From positions 2,507,429 to 2,571,428 of the forward strand of contig OZ240617.1 in NCBI GenBank assembly GCA_965198365.1: a stretch of 64,000 nt of DNA, in the 5' to 3' direction. The position numbers and the translations under genes were made by a program. The notes under the pieces are model-generated. The model was not told the DNA's origin and searched no databases. It was given only the letters and a program-made list of their open reading frames with translations. Position 1 is the stretch's first letter; each line of letters begins with the position of its first letter. This DNA is from Candidatus Aldehydirespiratoraceae bacterium. Lineage in GTDB: Bacteria; Actinomycetota; Acidimicrobiia; Acidimicrobiales; Aldehydirespiratoraceae. Shown here piece after piece: positions 26,743 to 35,986 of the stretch.

Positions 26743-27645
26743 ATGCGGGTACTGATCAGCGGCTCCACAGGCTTAATCGGAACATCGCTGGTTTCCGAAC
26801 TCAAAGCCACGACCCACACGCCGATTCGTCTGCTGCGGTCACAGAACCGAGACGACACCGAAAGCATCTTTTGGAACCCGGCGAAGGGCGACTTCGGAAA
26901 AGATGCTCTCAAAGATATTGACGCGGTAGTTCACCTAGCCGGAGCATCAATAGCCGAGCGACGCTGGAGCGACGCCCAGAAAACCCGGATTCTCGACAGC
27001 CGAATCACGACCACCACGCTGTTGGCAAACGCAATCGCCGAGGCCCAGAACCCTCCATCGGTGTTCCTGTCGGGTTCGGCCATCGGTTTCTACGGAGACC
27101 GTGGCGACGAAGAACTCAACGAGATCAGTTCCAGTGGCGATGGCTTTCTCGCCGATGTAGTGCGCGCCTGGGAACACGCTGCCAGCCCAGCACAAACTTG
27201 CACGCGGCTCGCCTATCTGCGCACCGGTGTGGTGCTGGCAGGCAACGGAGGAGCCCTGAAGGCGCAACTCCCGTTTTTTCGGCTCGGAATCGGTGGCCGC
27301 ATCGGCGACGGACGTCAGTGGCTGAGCTGGATATCGATCCAAGACATGGTTCAGGCCATCATCTGGCTGCTCGACAACGACATCGGCGGGCCCGTCAACA
27401 TGACCGCGCCCAATCCCGTCACCAACGCAGAGTTCACCAAGACCCTCGGACAAGTGCTGCACCGACCAACGATTCTGCCCACTCCCAAAGTTGTGATGTG
27501 GGCCAAAGTCGGGCGGGAATTGACCCAACAACTGCTGTACGCCAGCCAAAGGGTCGAGCCTTCGGCGCTATTGGCCAGTGGCTACCATTTCCGCCAACCG
27601 AATCTCGCCCAAGCGCTACGGAGCGTTCTCAACAAGCAGCAGTGA
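26743..27645 (+). CDS. TIGR01777-type SDR/epimerase family protein (YfcH-like, DUF1731 C-terminus)
   Basis: MRVLISGSTGLIGTSL Rossmann start at ATG 26743 (the track ORF begins 60 nt upstream). Same family sits between E2 and lipB in mycobacteria. Confidence 0.85.
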   Translation: MRVLISGSTGLIGTSLVSELKATTHTPIRLLRSQNRDDTESIFWNPAKGDFGKDALKDIDAVVHLAGASIAERRWSDAQKTRILDSRITTTTLLANAIAEAQNPPSVFLSGSAIGFYGDRGDEELNEISSSGDGFLADVVRAWEHAASPAQTCTRLAYLRTGVVLAGNGGALKAQLPFFRLGIGGRIGDGRQWLSWISIQDMVQAIIWLLDNDIGGPVNMTAPNPVTNAEFTKTLGQVLHRPTILPTPKVVMWAKVGRELTQQLLYASQRVEPSALLASGYHFRQPNLAQALRSVLNKQQ

Positions 27646-27653
27646 AAGTCGTT

Positions 27654-28751
27654 CTAGGCGTCAACGACCCACACGTCGTCGGGCATTTCACGTTCGAAAG
27701 CACTCACCACTCTGCCGACCCGGCGATCAGCACCGTCCCACACGATCAACGCTTCGTCGGCGACTTTTCTCAGCCATGCGTTTCTTCGCTTCAGCGCCTC
27801 GCCGGCTCGTTTGGAGGTGTCGGGAACCTTGCGTTGCAAGCACACGACTTGGGCCGCTCCTTCCAACATCTGCGCAAAGTGATTTCTTTTGGCCGACGGC
27901 CACTTGCGTGCAGGGTTGGGATATGGCAGCACTGCTACGTAAGGCACTCCAGCCTCCGCTGCTGCTTCGGCGCCAAGAGTCTCCGCGCCACGGCGCAACC
28001 CCGTCAGCACGACCAGGTCGTCGTCGAGTTCTTTCTTCGCCGCCAAGATCTCCGCGAGCCGCTGCCGCGTCTTATCCACGTTGCTGTCTGAGTGGGGGCT
28101 GTCTGAGTGGGGGCCCTCTGAGTCAAGCTGCAACCCAAGTATCGCCACACAACGGCCCGCTGGTCGCCACGAACTACCGAAGGGGCGGTTGTCTGCGGTT
28201 CCGTCACGTGGTGCTGGCGGCCCAGTCTCATCAGCCTCAGCGAGATCATCGGGCATACCAACACCTGTGCGACCCACTTGCGTACGCGAAGCTTCAGCCG
28301 CCAAGCGATCCGCTACCTCGTTCCATTCGTCGCCAGCGTGCCCTTTCACCCAAGTAAAGGTGATTTCATGTGGCGCTGAGCGATAAAGCTCAATCAGCGG
28401 TTCCCAGATGTCTCGATTGGCGACCGGCTGCTTGTTGGAGTTGCGCCAGTCACGTTTGAGCCAACCTTCCCACCAGCGGTCACGAAAACAGTTGACTACG
28501 TACGTTGAATCCGAGACGACCTCAACGGGACCCTCGATGGCCCGCAGCGCTTCGAGAACAGCGGTGAGTTCCATCCGCTGATTGGTAGTCGCAGCGTCAG
28601 CGCCGTTGGCCCAGCGGCCATCGGGCACAACCCAGCCCCAACCACCAGGCCCAGGATTCCTTAGACAGGCGCCGTCCGTGTAAACGGTTGTTGTACTAGT
28701 TGCACTACTGATGCGCTCATTCTGTGATCTCTGCGAACAACTTCCACCCAT
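27654..28751 (-). CDS. rnhA: RNase HI fused to a C-terminal YpsA/DUF1273-like (SLOG-fold) domain
   Basis: RNase H DEDD contexts: YTDGAC, QRMELTA, VVSDSTY, NEVADRLA. C-terminal ~170 aa (CVAILG...VVLTGLRRGAETLGAEAAAEAGVPYVAVLPYPNPARKWP...RRNAWL...ALIVWDG) resembles DUF1273/SLOG. Start set at the internal ATG 28751 because the 28820 start would overlap aceE. Confidence 0.75.
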   Translation of the reverse strand: MGGSCSQRSQNERISSATSTTTVYTDGACLRNPGPGGWGWVVPDGRWANGADAATTNQRMELTAVLEALRAIEGPVEVVSDSTYVVNCFRDRWWEGWLKRDWRNSNKQPVANRDIWEPLIELYRSAPHEITFTWVKGHAGDEWNEVADRLAAEASRTQVGRTGVGMPDDLAEADETGPPAPRDGTADNRPFGSSWRPAGRCVAILGLQLDSEGPHSDSPHSDSNVDKTRQRLAEILAAKKELDDDLVVLTGLRRGAETLGAEAAAEAGVPYVAVLPYPNPARKWPSAKRNHFAQMLEGAAQVVCLQRKVPDTSKRAGEALKRRNAWLRKVADEALIVWDGADRRVGRVVSAFEREMPDDVWVVDA

Positions 28752-28796
28752 TGCTTGGACCCAAAGTAAAAAAGTGCTGCGAGAATAGGGACACAT

Positions 28797-31514
28797 ATGG
28801 CTGACCATTTCTCCCGCCAACTACCCGACATCGACCCAGCCGAAACCACCGAGTGGATCGATTCCCTTGATGCAGTCCATGCCAGTCAAGGTCAAGCTCG
28901 GGCCCGGTACCTGCTCGCCAAGCTGCTTGAGCGTTCCAACGAACTCCAAATCGGAGTCCCCCCGACTACCAGCACACCCTACATCAACACCATCCCCGCC
29001 GAATCGCAACCTTTCTTTCCCGGCGACGAGAACATAGAGCGACGCATTCGGGCCATCATCCGTTGGAACGCTGCGGCCATGGTGATCCGCGCCAACAAGA
29101 TCGCTGACGGCATCGGCGGCCACCTGTCAACGTTCGCTTCAAGCGCAGCCCTCTACGAAGTCGGCTTCAACCATTTCTTTCGAGGCAAAGAAGACGGACT
29201 CCCCGGTGACCATGTGTACTTCCAGGGACATGCTGCCCCAGGGGTCTACGCACGGGCCTTCCTTGAGGGGCGCCTCAACGAGCAACAACTCGACAATTTC
29301 CGCATGGAAGTCGGCGGGAACGGCCTTTCAAGCTACCCGCACCCTCGCTTGATGCCGGAGTTTTGGGAGTACCCCACCGTCTCCATGGGTCTGGGCCCGA
29401 TCAATTCGATCTACCACGCCCGTTTCAACCGCTACATGCATCAACGCAAAATCGACGACACCTCGCAAAGCAACGTGTGGAGCTTTCTCGGCGACGGCGA
29501 ATGCGACGAACCCGAAACCCTCGGCGCGATCGCCCTGGCAGGTCGATCCGCCCTCGACAATTTGAAATGGATCGTCAACTGCAACCTGCAGCGCCTTGAC
29601 GGACCCGTCAGAGGCAACGGAAAAATAATCCAAGAACTTGAAGGCGTATTCCGTGGCGCCGGCTGGAACGTCATCAAGGTGATCTGGGGTAGTCGCTGGG
29701 ATGAACTGCTGCATCGCGATGTAGATGGTGTGCTCCTCAACAAGATGTCCGAAACAGTCGACGGCGAATACCAGCGTTTCGCCGTCGAAGACGGCGCCTA
29801 CATCCGCGAAAAGTTCTTCGGACCAGACCCGAGACTGCGCAAGCTCGTAGAACACCTGAGCGACGACGACCTCAAAGCGCTCCCCCGCGGGGGCCACGAC
29901 TACCAAAAGGTCTACGCCGCTTTCAAAGCTGCAGCTCAGACCACTGGACTACCAACCGTGATCCTCGCCAAGACCATCAAGGGCTGGACCCTTGGTGAGG
30001 GTTTCGAAGGACGCAACGCCACCCACCAGATCAAGAAGATGACCAAGGCACAACTTCTGGAACTAAGGGCCAGGCTCCGGATGGAAGAGGAAATCTCCGA
30101 GGATTCACTCGAAGACGGCATCCCACCTTATTACCGGCCATCACCAGACGGAGAGGAGCGCGCCTATCTGATGGAGCGACGCCGCGCACTCGACGGGCCC
30201 CTGCCCAGCCGCATCGTACGAGACCGCCGACCACTCAAGTTGCCCAGCGAGGCACCCTTCCTTGATCTCCAGAAAGGCTCCTCAGGGCGCTCGGTATCGA
30301 CCACAATGGCTTTCACTACAGTGTTGCGAGACCTGCTGAGAGACAAGCGATTCGGCGAACGTGTCGTGCCGATCGTCCCCGACGAGGCCCGCACCTTCGG
30401 GATGGACTCGCTGTTTCGAGAGTTCCGCATATACGCGCCGCAAGGCCAACTCTACGAACCAGTCGACCACGACCTGCTGCTCTCCTACGCCGAATCTGAA
30501 GACGGGCAGATCCTTGAAGAGGGCATAACCGAATGTGGTTCGACCGCTGAGTGGATCGCCGCTGGAACCGCCTATGCCAACAGCGGTGTTCCTATGGTCC
30601 CGTTCTACACCTTTTACTCAATGTTCGGGTTTCAGAGGGTCGGTGACTCGCTGTGGGCAGCAGCTGACGCCCGCACGCGGGGTTTTCTCATGGGCGCCAC
30701 CGCAGGCCGCACCACCCTGCTCGGCGAAGGACTACAGCATCAAGACGGTCACAGCATGCTGTTGGCATCAACGGTTCCCTCCTGCGAAGCGTATGACCCC
30801 GCCTTCGCCTACGAACTCGGCACGATCTTGCGCCAGGGTCTGCATCGGATGTACCCCGACGGCCGATCCGCCGATGGCGAAGACGTGTTTTATTACATCA
30901 CGATCTACAACGAGAACTACGAACAACCCCCGCGTCCAGATCATGTTCAGGATCGCGACATCACCGACGGAATCTACAAGTTCGACGATGGCCCCGACGA
31001 GACTGAGCGCCGCGCGACCATCCTCTTTTCGGGCACCTTGAACCTGGCCGCGCGCGAAGCCCAACAGATCCTCGTCGACGACTACGACATCGGCGTCGAA
31101 CTCTGGAGCGTCACCTCCTACAAGCGACTTCGCGCCGACGCTCTGGACGTGGAACGTCGCAACCGATTGTCTCCTGATCGGCCCCCAGAGTTGTCCAACG
31201 TGACACGCAGACTCAGCGACAGCGAGGGACCGATCGTGGCTGTGTCGGATTGGATGACGCTGGTGCCCGATCAGATCGCACGGTGGACGCCTCGTCCGCT
31301 ACATGTCCTCGGGACCGACGGTTTCGGTCGTTCCGACACGAGGGAAGCGTTGCGGCGATTCTTCGAGATCGACGCCGACAATATCGTGGTGGCGGTACTG
31401 TCAGCCATGCTCGAGGAAGGCACCGCTACCCGCGAGGAAGTCAGCCGTGCCATCGCCAAGGCCGGTATCGACCCGTACCGCCCCGACCCAGCCCATCCAG
31501 ATACCGGTGCCTGA
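28797..31514 (+). CDS. aceE: pyruvate dehydrogenase E1 component, homodimeric type
   Basis: 905 aa. GGHLSTFASSAALYEVGFNHFF and GDGECDEPE motifs of AceE. Confidence 0.95.
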   Translation: MADHFSRQLPDIDPAETTEWIDSLDAVHASQGQARARYLLAKLLERSNELQIGVPPTTSTPYINTIPAESQPFFPGDENIERRIRAIIRWNAAAMVIRANKIADGIGGHLSTFASSAALYEVGFNHFFRGKEDGLPGDHVYFQGHAAPGVYARAFLEGRLNEQQLDNFRMEVGGNGLSSYPHPRLMPEFWEYPTVSMGLGPINSIYHARFNRYMHQRKIDDTSQSNVWSFLGDGECDEPETLGAIALAGRSALDNLKWIVNCNLQRLDGPVRGNGKIIQELEGVFRGAGWNVIKVIWGSRWDELLHRDVDGVLLNKMSETVDGEYQRFAVEDGAYIREKFFGPDPRLRKLVEHLSDDDLKALPRGGHDYQKVYAAFKAAAQTTGLPTVILAKTIKGWTLGEGFEGRNATHQIKKMTKAQLLELRARLRMEEEISEDSLEDGIPPYYRPSPDGEERAYLMERRRALDGPLPSRIVRDRRPLKLPSEAPFLDLQKGSSGRSVSTTMAFTTVLRDLLRDKRFGERVVPIVPDEARTFGMDSLFREFRIYAPQGQLYEPVDHDLLLSYAESEDGQILEEGITECGSTAEWIAAGTAYANSGVPMVPFYTFYSMFGFQRVGDSLWAAADARTRGFLMGATAGRTTLLGEGLQHQDGHSMLLASTVPSCEAYDPAFAYELGTILRQGLHRMYPDGRSADGEDVFYYITIYNENYEQPPRPDHVQDRDITDGIYKFDDGPDETERRATILFSGTLNLAAREAQQILVDDYDIGVELWSVTSYKRLRADALDVERRNRLSPDRPPELSNVTRRLSDSEGPIVAVSDWMTLVPDQIARWTPRPLHVLGTDGFGRSDTREALRRFFEIDADNIVVAVLSAMLEEGTATREEVSRAIAKAGIDPYRPDPAHPDTGA

Positions 31515-32103
31515 GGCCCAGCGGCCCGCCCACGGTACGCTCGTCGTCACTGGTGACGCCGAAGCAGACCAGCTACTCAACACCAACCCGCTGGCGCTCA
31601 TGATTGGAATGTTGCTCGACCAGCAGATCCCCATCGAATGGGCCTTCGCCGCACCCCTGCGACTGGCCCAACGGCTCGACGGCACCCTTGATGCCAACCA
31701 GATCGCAGCGATGGATCCAGAAGAACTGGCTGCGGTAGCCGCTCAGAAACCCGCGGTGCACCGCTTCCCGGCCATGATGGGGCGCCGCATCCACAAGCTG
31801 TGCGAGCATCTGGTTGACGAATACGAAGGTGACCCAGCATCGCTGTGGGAAGATGTGGGAGATGCCGAAGTGCTCTACAAGCGACTCTTGGCGTTGCCCG
31901 GCTACGGTCCGGTGAAGGCCCAGATTTTCATGTCCATCCTGGCCAAACGCTTCGATTACCAGCCATCAGGATGGGAGACCATCGCCGGGGTTTTCGCCCA
32001 AGAAGATCTCCGCAGCGTTGCCGACCTCGGTGACCCAGGGGCTCTCGGTCGGCTCCGCGAGAAACGGAAGGTCGAAAAATCCAGAGGCTCAAGCTCTGGT
32101 TGA
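31507..32103 (+). CDS. HhH-GPD family base-excision DNA repair protein
   Basis: LVVTGDAEADQLLNTNPLALMIGMLLDQQIP... and LLALPGYGPVKAQIF (helix-hairpin-helix). GTG 31507 overlaps the aceE end by 8 nt. The track start 31303 lies inside aceE. Confidence 0.7.
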   Translation: MPEAQRPAHGTLVVTGDAEADQLLNTNPLALMIGMLLDQQIPIEWAFAAPLRLAQRLDGTLDANQIAAMDPEELAAVAAQKPAVHRFPAMMGRRIHKLCEHLVDEYEGDPASLWEDVGDAEVLYKRLLALPGYGPVKAQIFMSILAKRFDYQPSGWETIAGVFAQEDLRSVADLGDPGALGRLREKRKVEKSRGSSSG

Positions 32104-32106
32104 TCC

Positions 32107-32877
32107 TCAGGCAACCTCAGAAAGCAGCCGGTTGCGCTGCCGGTCGAGCCAGCCGAGCACCACCGCGATAGCGCGGGGATCATGACGCAGGTGATGGCTG
32201 GCTCCATCAATGATCCGCAAATCTGCCGTGCCGTGCGAGTCCGCGACCGCTCGTGCGTCGAGCACCGGCACCACATCATCGTCGCTGCCATGAATCAGCA
32301 GCAACTCCCGCGGCGACAAGCGAGCCGCGGCCTTGCTGGCATCGACCGAGCGCAGTTGCTGCGACCAATCACCAAAGTCTTCTGGAAAGGCACTGTCGCG
32401 GATCGCTCCCATTTCGCGTGCGAGCACCAGCAACTTGCGGGGACTGCGCGCCCAGTCGCTGAAATCCGCTGGCAGCGAAACCGCGCAGACGCCACGGATA
32501 GTTTCATCGGCAGCCCCGGCCTCGATCGCCAGGGCACCACCAGTACCAAACCCTAAAAGCCATATCCCGTCGCAATGCACAGACTCACGCAGATGAGCGA
32601 TCGCACCTTGCAGGTCCCGTAACCAACCCTCAAGGGAGAAGTCACCGCCAGATTGTGCGATCCCCCTGCTTGAAAATGCCAGCGCAGCCCAACCACACTC
32701 AGTAGCCACCCGATCAGCCAGACCCGGAAAGCTCGAAGTTGAGTTGATGCCGCCCCCAGCCTCGGCCGGGAAACCGTGAGCAATCACCAGCCCAGGTTGG
32801 GCCGTGCCACGATTCTGGGAAGGGCGGGCGACATGGGCCTCCAACTCAATGTCGTCGACAAGAAACCGTCTATCCAC
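32107..32877 (-). CDS. alpha/beta-hydrolase fold protein with an atypical nucleophile elbow (GFGTGG)
   Basis: 256 aa. LVIAHGF oxyanion region, LLIHGSDDDVVP (Asp) and DGASHHL (His) are present. The G-x-S-x-G position reads G-F-G-T-G. Confidence 0.65.
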   Translation of the reverse strand: MDRRFLVDDIELEAHVARPSQNRGTAQPGLVIAHGFPAEAGGGINSTSSFPGLADRVATECGWAALAFSSRGIAQSGGDFSLEGWLRDLQGAIAHLRESVHCDGIWLLGFGTGGALAIEAGAADETIRGVCAVSLPADFSDWARSPRKLLVLAREMGAIRDSAFPEDFGDWSQQLRSVDASKAAARLSPRELLLIHGSDDDVVPVLDARAVADSHGTADLRIIDGASHHLRHDPRAIAVVLGWLDRQRNRLLSEVA

Positions 32878-32896
32878 GAAAGCGTCGCCTCGCTAC

Positions 32897-33088
32897 TCAG
32901 GTCGACCGCAGGCGGTAGCCGCGGTTCCGAGCTTCAGCAAGCGTGTCAGGCCCGAACGCTAGAGCATGGGGGCCATCGGCAAGTTCTTCTATGACAGACT
33001 CATCTGTTACGTCATCGAGGTCATAGACCACCTGGACCCGCTTATCACCCAGAAAGCGGCTGTTTTGGTATCGAGCCGGTCGTTCCAT
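32897..33088 (-). CDS. small hypothetical protein (63 aa)
   Basis: ORF follows the terminator/leader region. The C-terminal ...ALAFGPDTLAEARNRGYRL weakly resembles the end of Ada-N/sunset-type small domains but has no Cys ligands. Confidence 0.4.
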   Translation of the reverse strand: MERPARYQNSRFLGDKRVQVVYDLDDVTDESVIEELADGPHALAFGPDTLAEARNRGYRLRST

Positions 33089-33137
33089 GCACGCAACCTA
33101 GCGGCAGCGACGACAAGAATCAGCGATTCATCGGGAT

Positions 33138-33184
33138 CCAAAAGAGAACCGTCCCAGGGCCGCGACAGCCCTAGGACGGTTCTT
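33138..33184 (-). terminator. rho-independent terminator-like hairpin (minus strand)
   Basis: Minus-strand GAACCGUCC-U-AGGGC-UGUCGCG-GCCCU-G-GGACGGUUC followed by UCUUUUGG. 14 bp of stem with one internal mismatch. Confidence 0.55.
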
Positions 33185-33447
33185 GAGTATTGCTTGAAAA
33201 ACAATGATTGCTGGAAACCCAGGGAGTGGTGGCACCTTGCGGTACCGCACCAGGCGTGACATATTCCCGGTCCACCTAGCCCCAGGGGTGGAGCTGGCTT
33301 GGTTTGCGCCAGTGGTCCAGCAGCTGTTCTAGCGGCCAGCCACCTCCAAGGTCACAGATCTTCTACACACTGCGGGACCACCTCCTTTCTTTGGTGCCAA
33401 TAGTGAAGCACAAAAGCAAGTCCCCGTGTGGGATATTTTCGCTCGGT
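33185..33447 (-). other. unassigned structured non-coding region (candidate ncRNA, riboswitch or leader) upstream of the terminator
   Basis: About 260 nt with no credible ORF between two minus-strand genes. Multiple mutually complementary GC segments (GGAGGUGGUCC, GGAGGUGGCUGG, GGACCACUGG, CCAGCUCCACC, GCGGUACCGC palindrome, GGCACC/GGUGCC). Strong AAGGAGG followed by a 13-codon ORF (VCRRSVTLEVAGR). Confidence 0.3.
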
Positions 33448-33891
33448 CTACGAATCAACGACCTCGTCGCCGACCGCGCCGATCGCGGTGAGGTACTTCA
33501 TTTGGAGGTCGAGCACGCAGACCACATCGACTGCTTCTGGGCCGTCGGCAGCTAGCGAGCGGGCCACAATCGCGTCTATCGCCGCTTCGTCTGTGGCAAT
33601 CGCCCCATCAATGCGGACCTGATCAGTTGCCAGTTCCTGACCGTGGCGCGAGGCGACCCCAACTTCTTGAAACCAATCAAGGTGCCACCTCAACAGCAGG
33701 GCGACGTCGTCATAGGAGATCCGCGCGGTCACCTCGTCAGGAAGCCGTTGGGCGATCCACAGCACCGCGTCATTGAGGTCATAGACAGCCGGGTTTCGTT
33801 CGACTTCTAGTTGTCCAACCGCCTGCCCGACGGCCACGAAGGCGATCAGGACAACGACTAAGGCACCGACTAGGAAGAAGATCCATTCCAA
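33448..33891 (-). CDS. hypothetical membrane-anchored protein
   Basis: 147 aa. N-terminal TM helix MEWIFFLVGALVVVLIAFVAV, then an acidic soluble domain. No family recognised. Confidence 0.5.
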   Translation of the reverse strand: MEWIFFLVGALVVVLIAFVAVGQAVGQLEVERNPAVYDLNDAVLWIAQRLPDEVTARISYDDVALLLRWHLDWFQEVGVASRHGQELATDQVRIDGAIATDEAAIDAIVARSLAADGPEAVDVVCVLDLQMKYLTAIGAVGDEVVDS

Positions 33892-33917
33892 GCCGCGTCA
33901 CCTCCACATGCGCGTTG

Positions 33918-35033
33918 TCAGATCCCGATGCGTTGGGCGAGCAGTTCGCGATGATAGGTGGGATCACCGAACAGCAGCTCAGAACTCTTTGCGCGCTTGA
34001 AGTAGAGATGAGCGGGATGCTCCCAAGTGAAGCCGATGCCACCATGGATCTGGATGTTCTCGGCAGCGGCATGAAAGTAAGCCTCGGAGCAGTAGCTCTT
34101 GGCCAATGACGCGACCTGGCCCAGCTCATCGTTCATTTCAGCGGCGCACCAACCCGCGTAGTAGGCAGCAGATTTGGCCGACTCGACCTCCAGGAGCATG
34201 TCGGCACACTTGTGCTTGATCGCCTGAAAGGATCCAATCGGGCGACCGAACTGGACACGGACTTTGGCGTATTCGACCGACATGTCCAGACACATCTGCG
34301 CACCGCCTACTTGTTCAGCCGCGAGCGCCACCGCTGCTAGATCAAGCACTGTCGCCAAGACATCCCAGCCCGCGCCGTCTTGGCCGATCAACTCGGCAGA
34401 CACGCCGGAAAACTCCAACTTGGCTTGCTTGCGCGTCTGATCCATCGTTGACAGCGCAGTGCGAGTGAGGCCATCGGCGTCAGCGGCAACGCTGAACAGC
34501 GACACTCCCGCATCGCTACGGGCCGCCACCAGGATCAGATTGGCGGTGTGACCGTCGAGCACATACATCTTCGTGCCGTCGAGCGTCCAGGAGCCGCCGT
34601 CGGCAGACGCCTGCATGGTGATCCCGCCTTCGTCCCAGCGACCATTCTCCTCGGTGAAGGCAAGGGTTGCTCGGGTCTCTCCCGAGGCGATGCCCGGCAA
34701 ATGGGCGTTCTTTGCGTCCTCATCTCCGCTTTGCATCAAGGTGTTGGCCGCCAGCACGCACGACGAAAAATATGGGGCGCAGAGCAGGGCCCGACCCATT
34801 TCCTCCAGCACCACTATCTGCTCTACAAAACCGAAGCCCTGACCTCCGTATTCTTCGGGAATAGCCAGTGCTTGCAGGCCCATCTGCTCAGCCATCTGGC
34901 TCCAGACTGCGTCGTCATATCCGACCTCTGTATCCATCTGCTCACGCACTGATGTTTCCGACGACTTGTCTTCCAAGAAGCTGCGGACGAACTCACGCAA
35001 CTGCTCCTGCTCTTCTGAGAATGCAAAGTTCAT
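33918..35033 (-). CDS. acyl-CoA dehydrogenase
   Basis: MNFAFSEEQEQLREFVRSF typical ACAD start (ATG 35033; the track ORF starts 36 nt upstream). GGIGFTWEHPAHLYFKRA near the C-terminus. Confidence 0.9.
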   Translation of the reverse strand: MNFAFSEEQEQLREFVRSFLEDKSSETSVREQMDTEVGYDDAVWSQMAEQMGLQALAIPEEYGGQGFGFVEQIVVLEEMGRALLCAPYFSSCVLAANTLMQSGDEDAKNAHLPGIASGETRATLAFTEENGRWDEGGITMQASADGGSWTLDGTKMYVLDGHTANLILVAARSDAGVSLFSVAADADGLTRTALSTMDQTRKQAKLEFSGVSAELIGQDGAGWDVLATVLDLAAVALAAEQVGGAQMCLDMSVEYAKVRVQFGRPIGSFQAIKHKCADMLLEVESAKSAAYYAGWCAAEMNDELGQVASLAKSYCSEAYFHAAAENIQIHGGIGFTWEHPAHLYFKRAKSSELLFGDPTYHRELLAQRIGI

Positions 35034-35168
35034 GCGCTGCACTCTACGACCCCACCACCACAAGTCCAATCGGCCCCGCTCCGGCCCTGCTTATTGGAGT
35101 TACGATAGGTTGCGGCTGACGGTCTACCGAGCGCAAGTGCGCAGCTTTGACCAATATCAGTTACACTG

Positions 35169-35543
35169 ATGTTGGTGTGGGATGTTGAGTACACTGATCA
35201 GTTCGACGACTGGTACCAGAATCTCACCGTGGAGGATCAAGACGCCGTGATCGCGAGGGTTGAACTGCTGGAACGGGCGGGACCGGGTCTCGGCCGTCCG
35301 GTTGTCGACAATGTCCACCAATCACGCCATCCGAACATGAAGGAGTTGCGGGCGGAACGAACGATTCGGGTGCTGTTCGCGTTTGATCCTCGCCGGGTCG
35401 CGATCCTTCTAATCGGTGGTGACAAAAGTCCCGACGATCCTAGGAGCGCAAACTGGAACGATTGGTACGACCACTACACGCCGATCGCCGATGACCTCTA
35501 CGACACACATCTCGACGAGCTTCGGCAGGAAGGACTTACGTGA
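35169..35543 (+). CDS. type II toxin, HigB/RelE-ParE superfamily (Gp49-like)
   Basis: 124 aa. ...DWYQNL..EDQDAVIARVELLERAGPGLGRPVVDNV..SRHPNMKELR....IRVLFAFDPRRVAILLIGGDK pattern of this toxin family. 4-nt overlap with the downstream HTH gene. Confidence 0.8.
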   Translation: MLVWDVEYTDQFDDWYQNLTVEDQDAVIARVELLERAGPGLGRPVVDNVHQSRHPNMKELRAERTIRVLFAFDPRRVAILLIGGDKSPDDPRSANWNDWYDHYTPIADDLYDTHLDELRQEGLT

Positions 35544-35863
35544 TGCCAAGCACCAAGAACTTCAACACACTACGAGACGATGCGCGCCGGGACCCTGAAC
35601 GTGCTCGTCGAATCGACGAGGCCAAGCAACGAGCCATCGGCGAGATCGTGAGCTTCCGCCTCGCTGAGCTTCGCAAAGCGCTCGGTGTGACCCAGGTCGA
35701 GATGGCAGAGATGATCGGTAAGTCGCAGTCAGCCATCTCGCAGATCGAGAACGGTGAGATCGGCCTATCGCTCGAAACACTCCGGTCGATCGTGCATCAA
35801 CTCGGAGGCGAGGTCGAGATCGCTGCCGTGTTCGACGACCGTCGAGTCCTGATCGACACCTGA
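35540..35863 (+). CDS. XRE-family HTH antitoxin (HigA-like)
   Basis: 107 aa. HTH LRKALGVTQVEMAEMIGKSQSAISQIENGE. Toxin-first order typical of higBA. Confidence 0.8.
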   Translation: MMPSTKNFNTLRDDARRDPERARRIDEAKQRAIGEIVSFRLAELRKALGVTQVEMAEMIGKSQSAISQIENGEIGLSLETLRSIVHQLGGEVEIAAVFDDRRVLIDT

Positions 35864-35943
35864 CGTTCACTTCGATGTCCGACGACAGAGAGACGCCCAC
35901 CGTCAAGATCTCCAGTACCGCGAAAGGCGCCACCGTTGACGCG

Positions 35944-35963
35944 GTATAGTGAATTACCTATAC
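35944..35963. promoter_or_regulatory. palindromic box GTATAG-TGAATTAC-CTATAC upstream of the small XRE gene
   Basis: Read directly. 6-bp perfect arms plus a symmetric AATT centre, 24 nt upstream of ATG 35987 and overlapping the likely promoter. Confidence 0.35.
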
Positions 35964-35986
35964 TCGTCGCTAGGAGGAACCCACCG

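Noticed and set aside
27198-28357. Two long plus-strand ORFs (297 and 259 aa) across the epimerase / RNase H region
   Set aside because: They are Arg/Pro/Ser-rich shadow frames overlapping genes with clear motifs (the SDR Rossmann start, RNase H DEDD).
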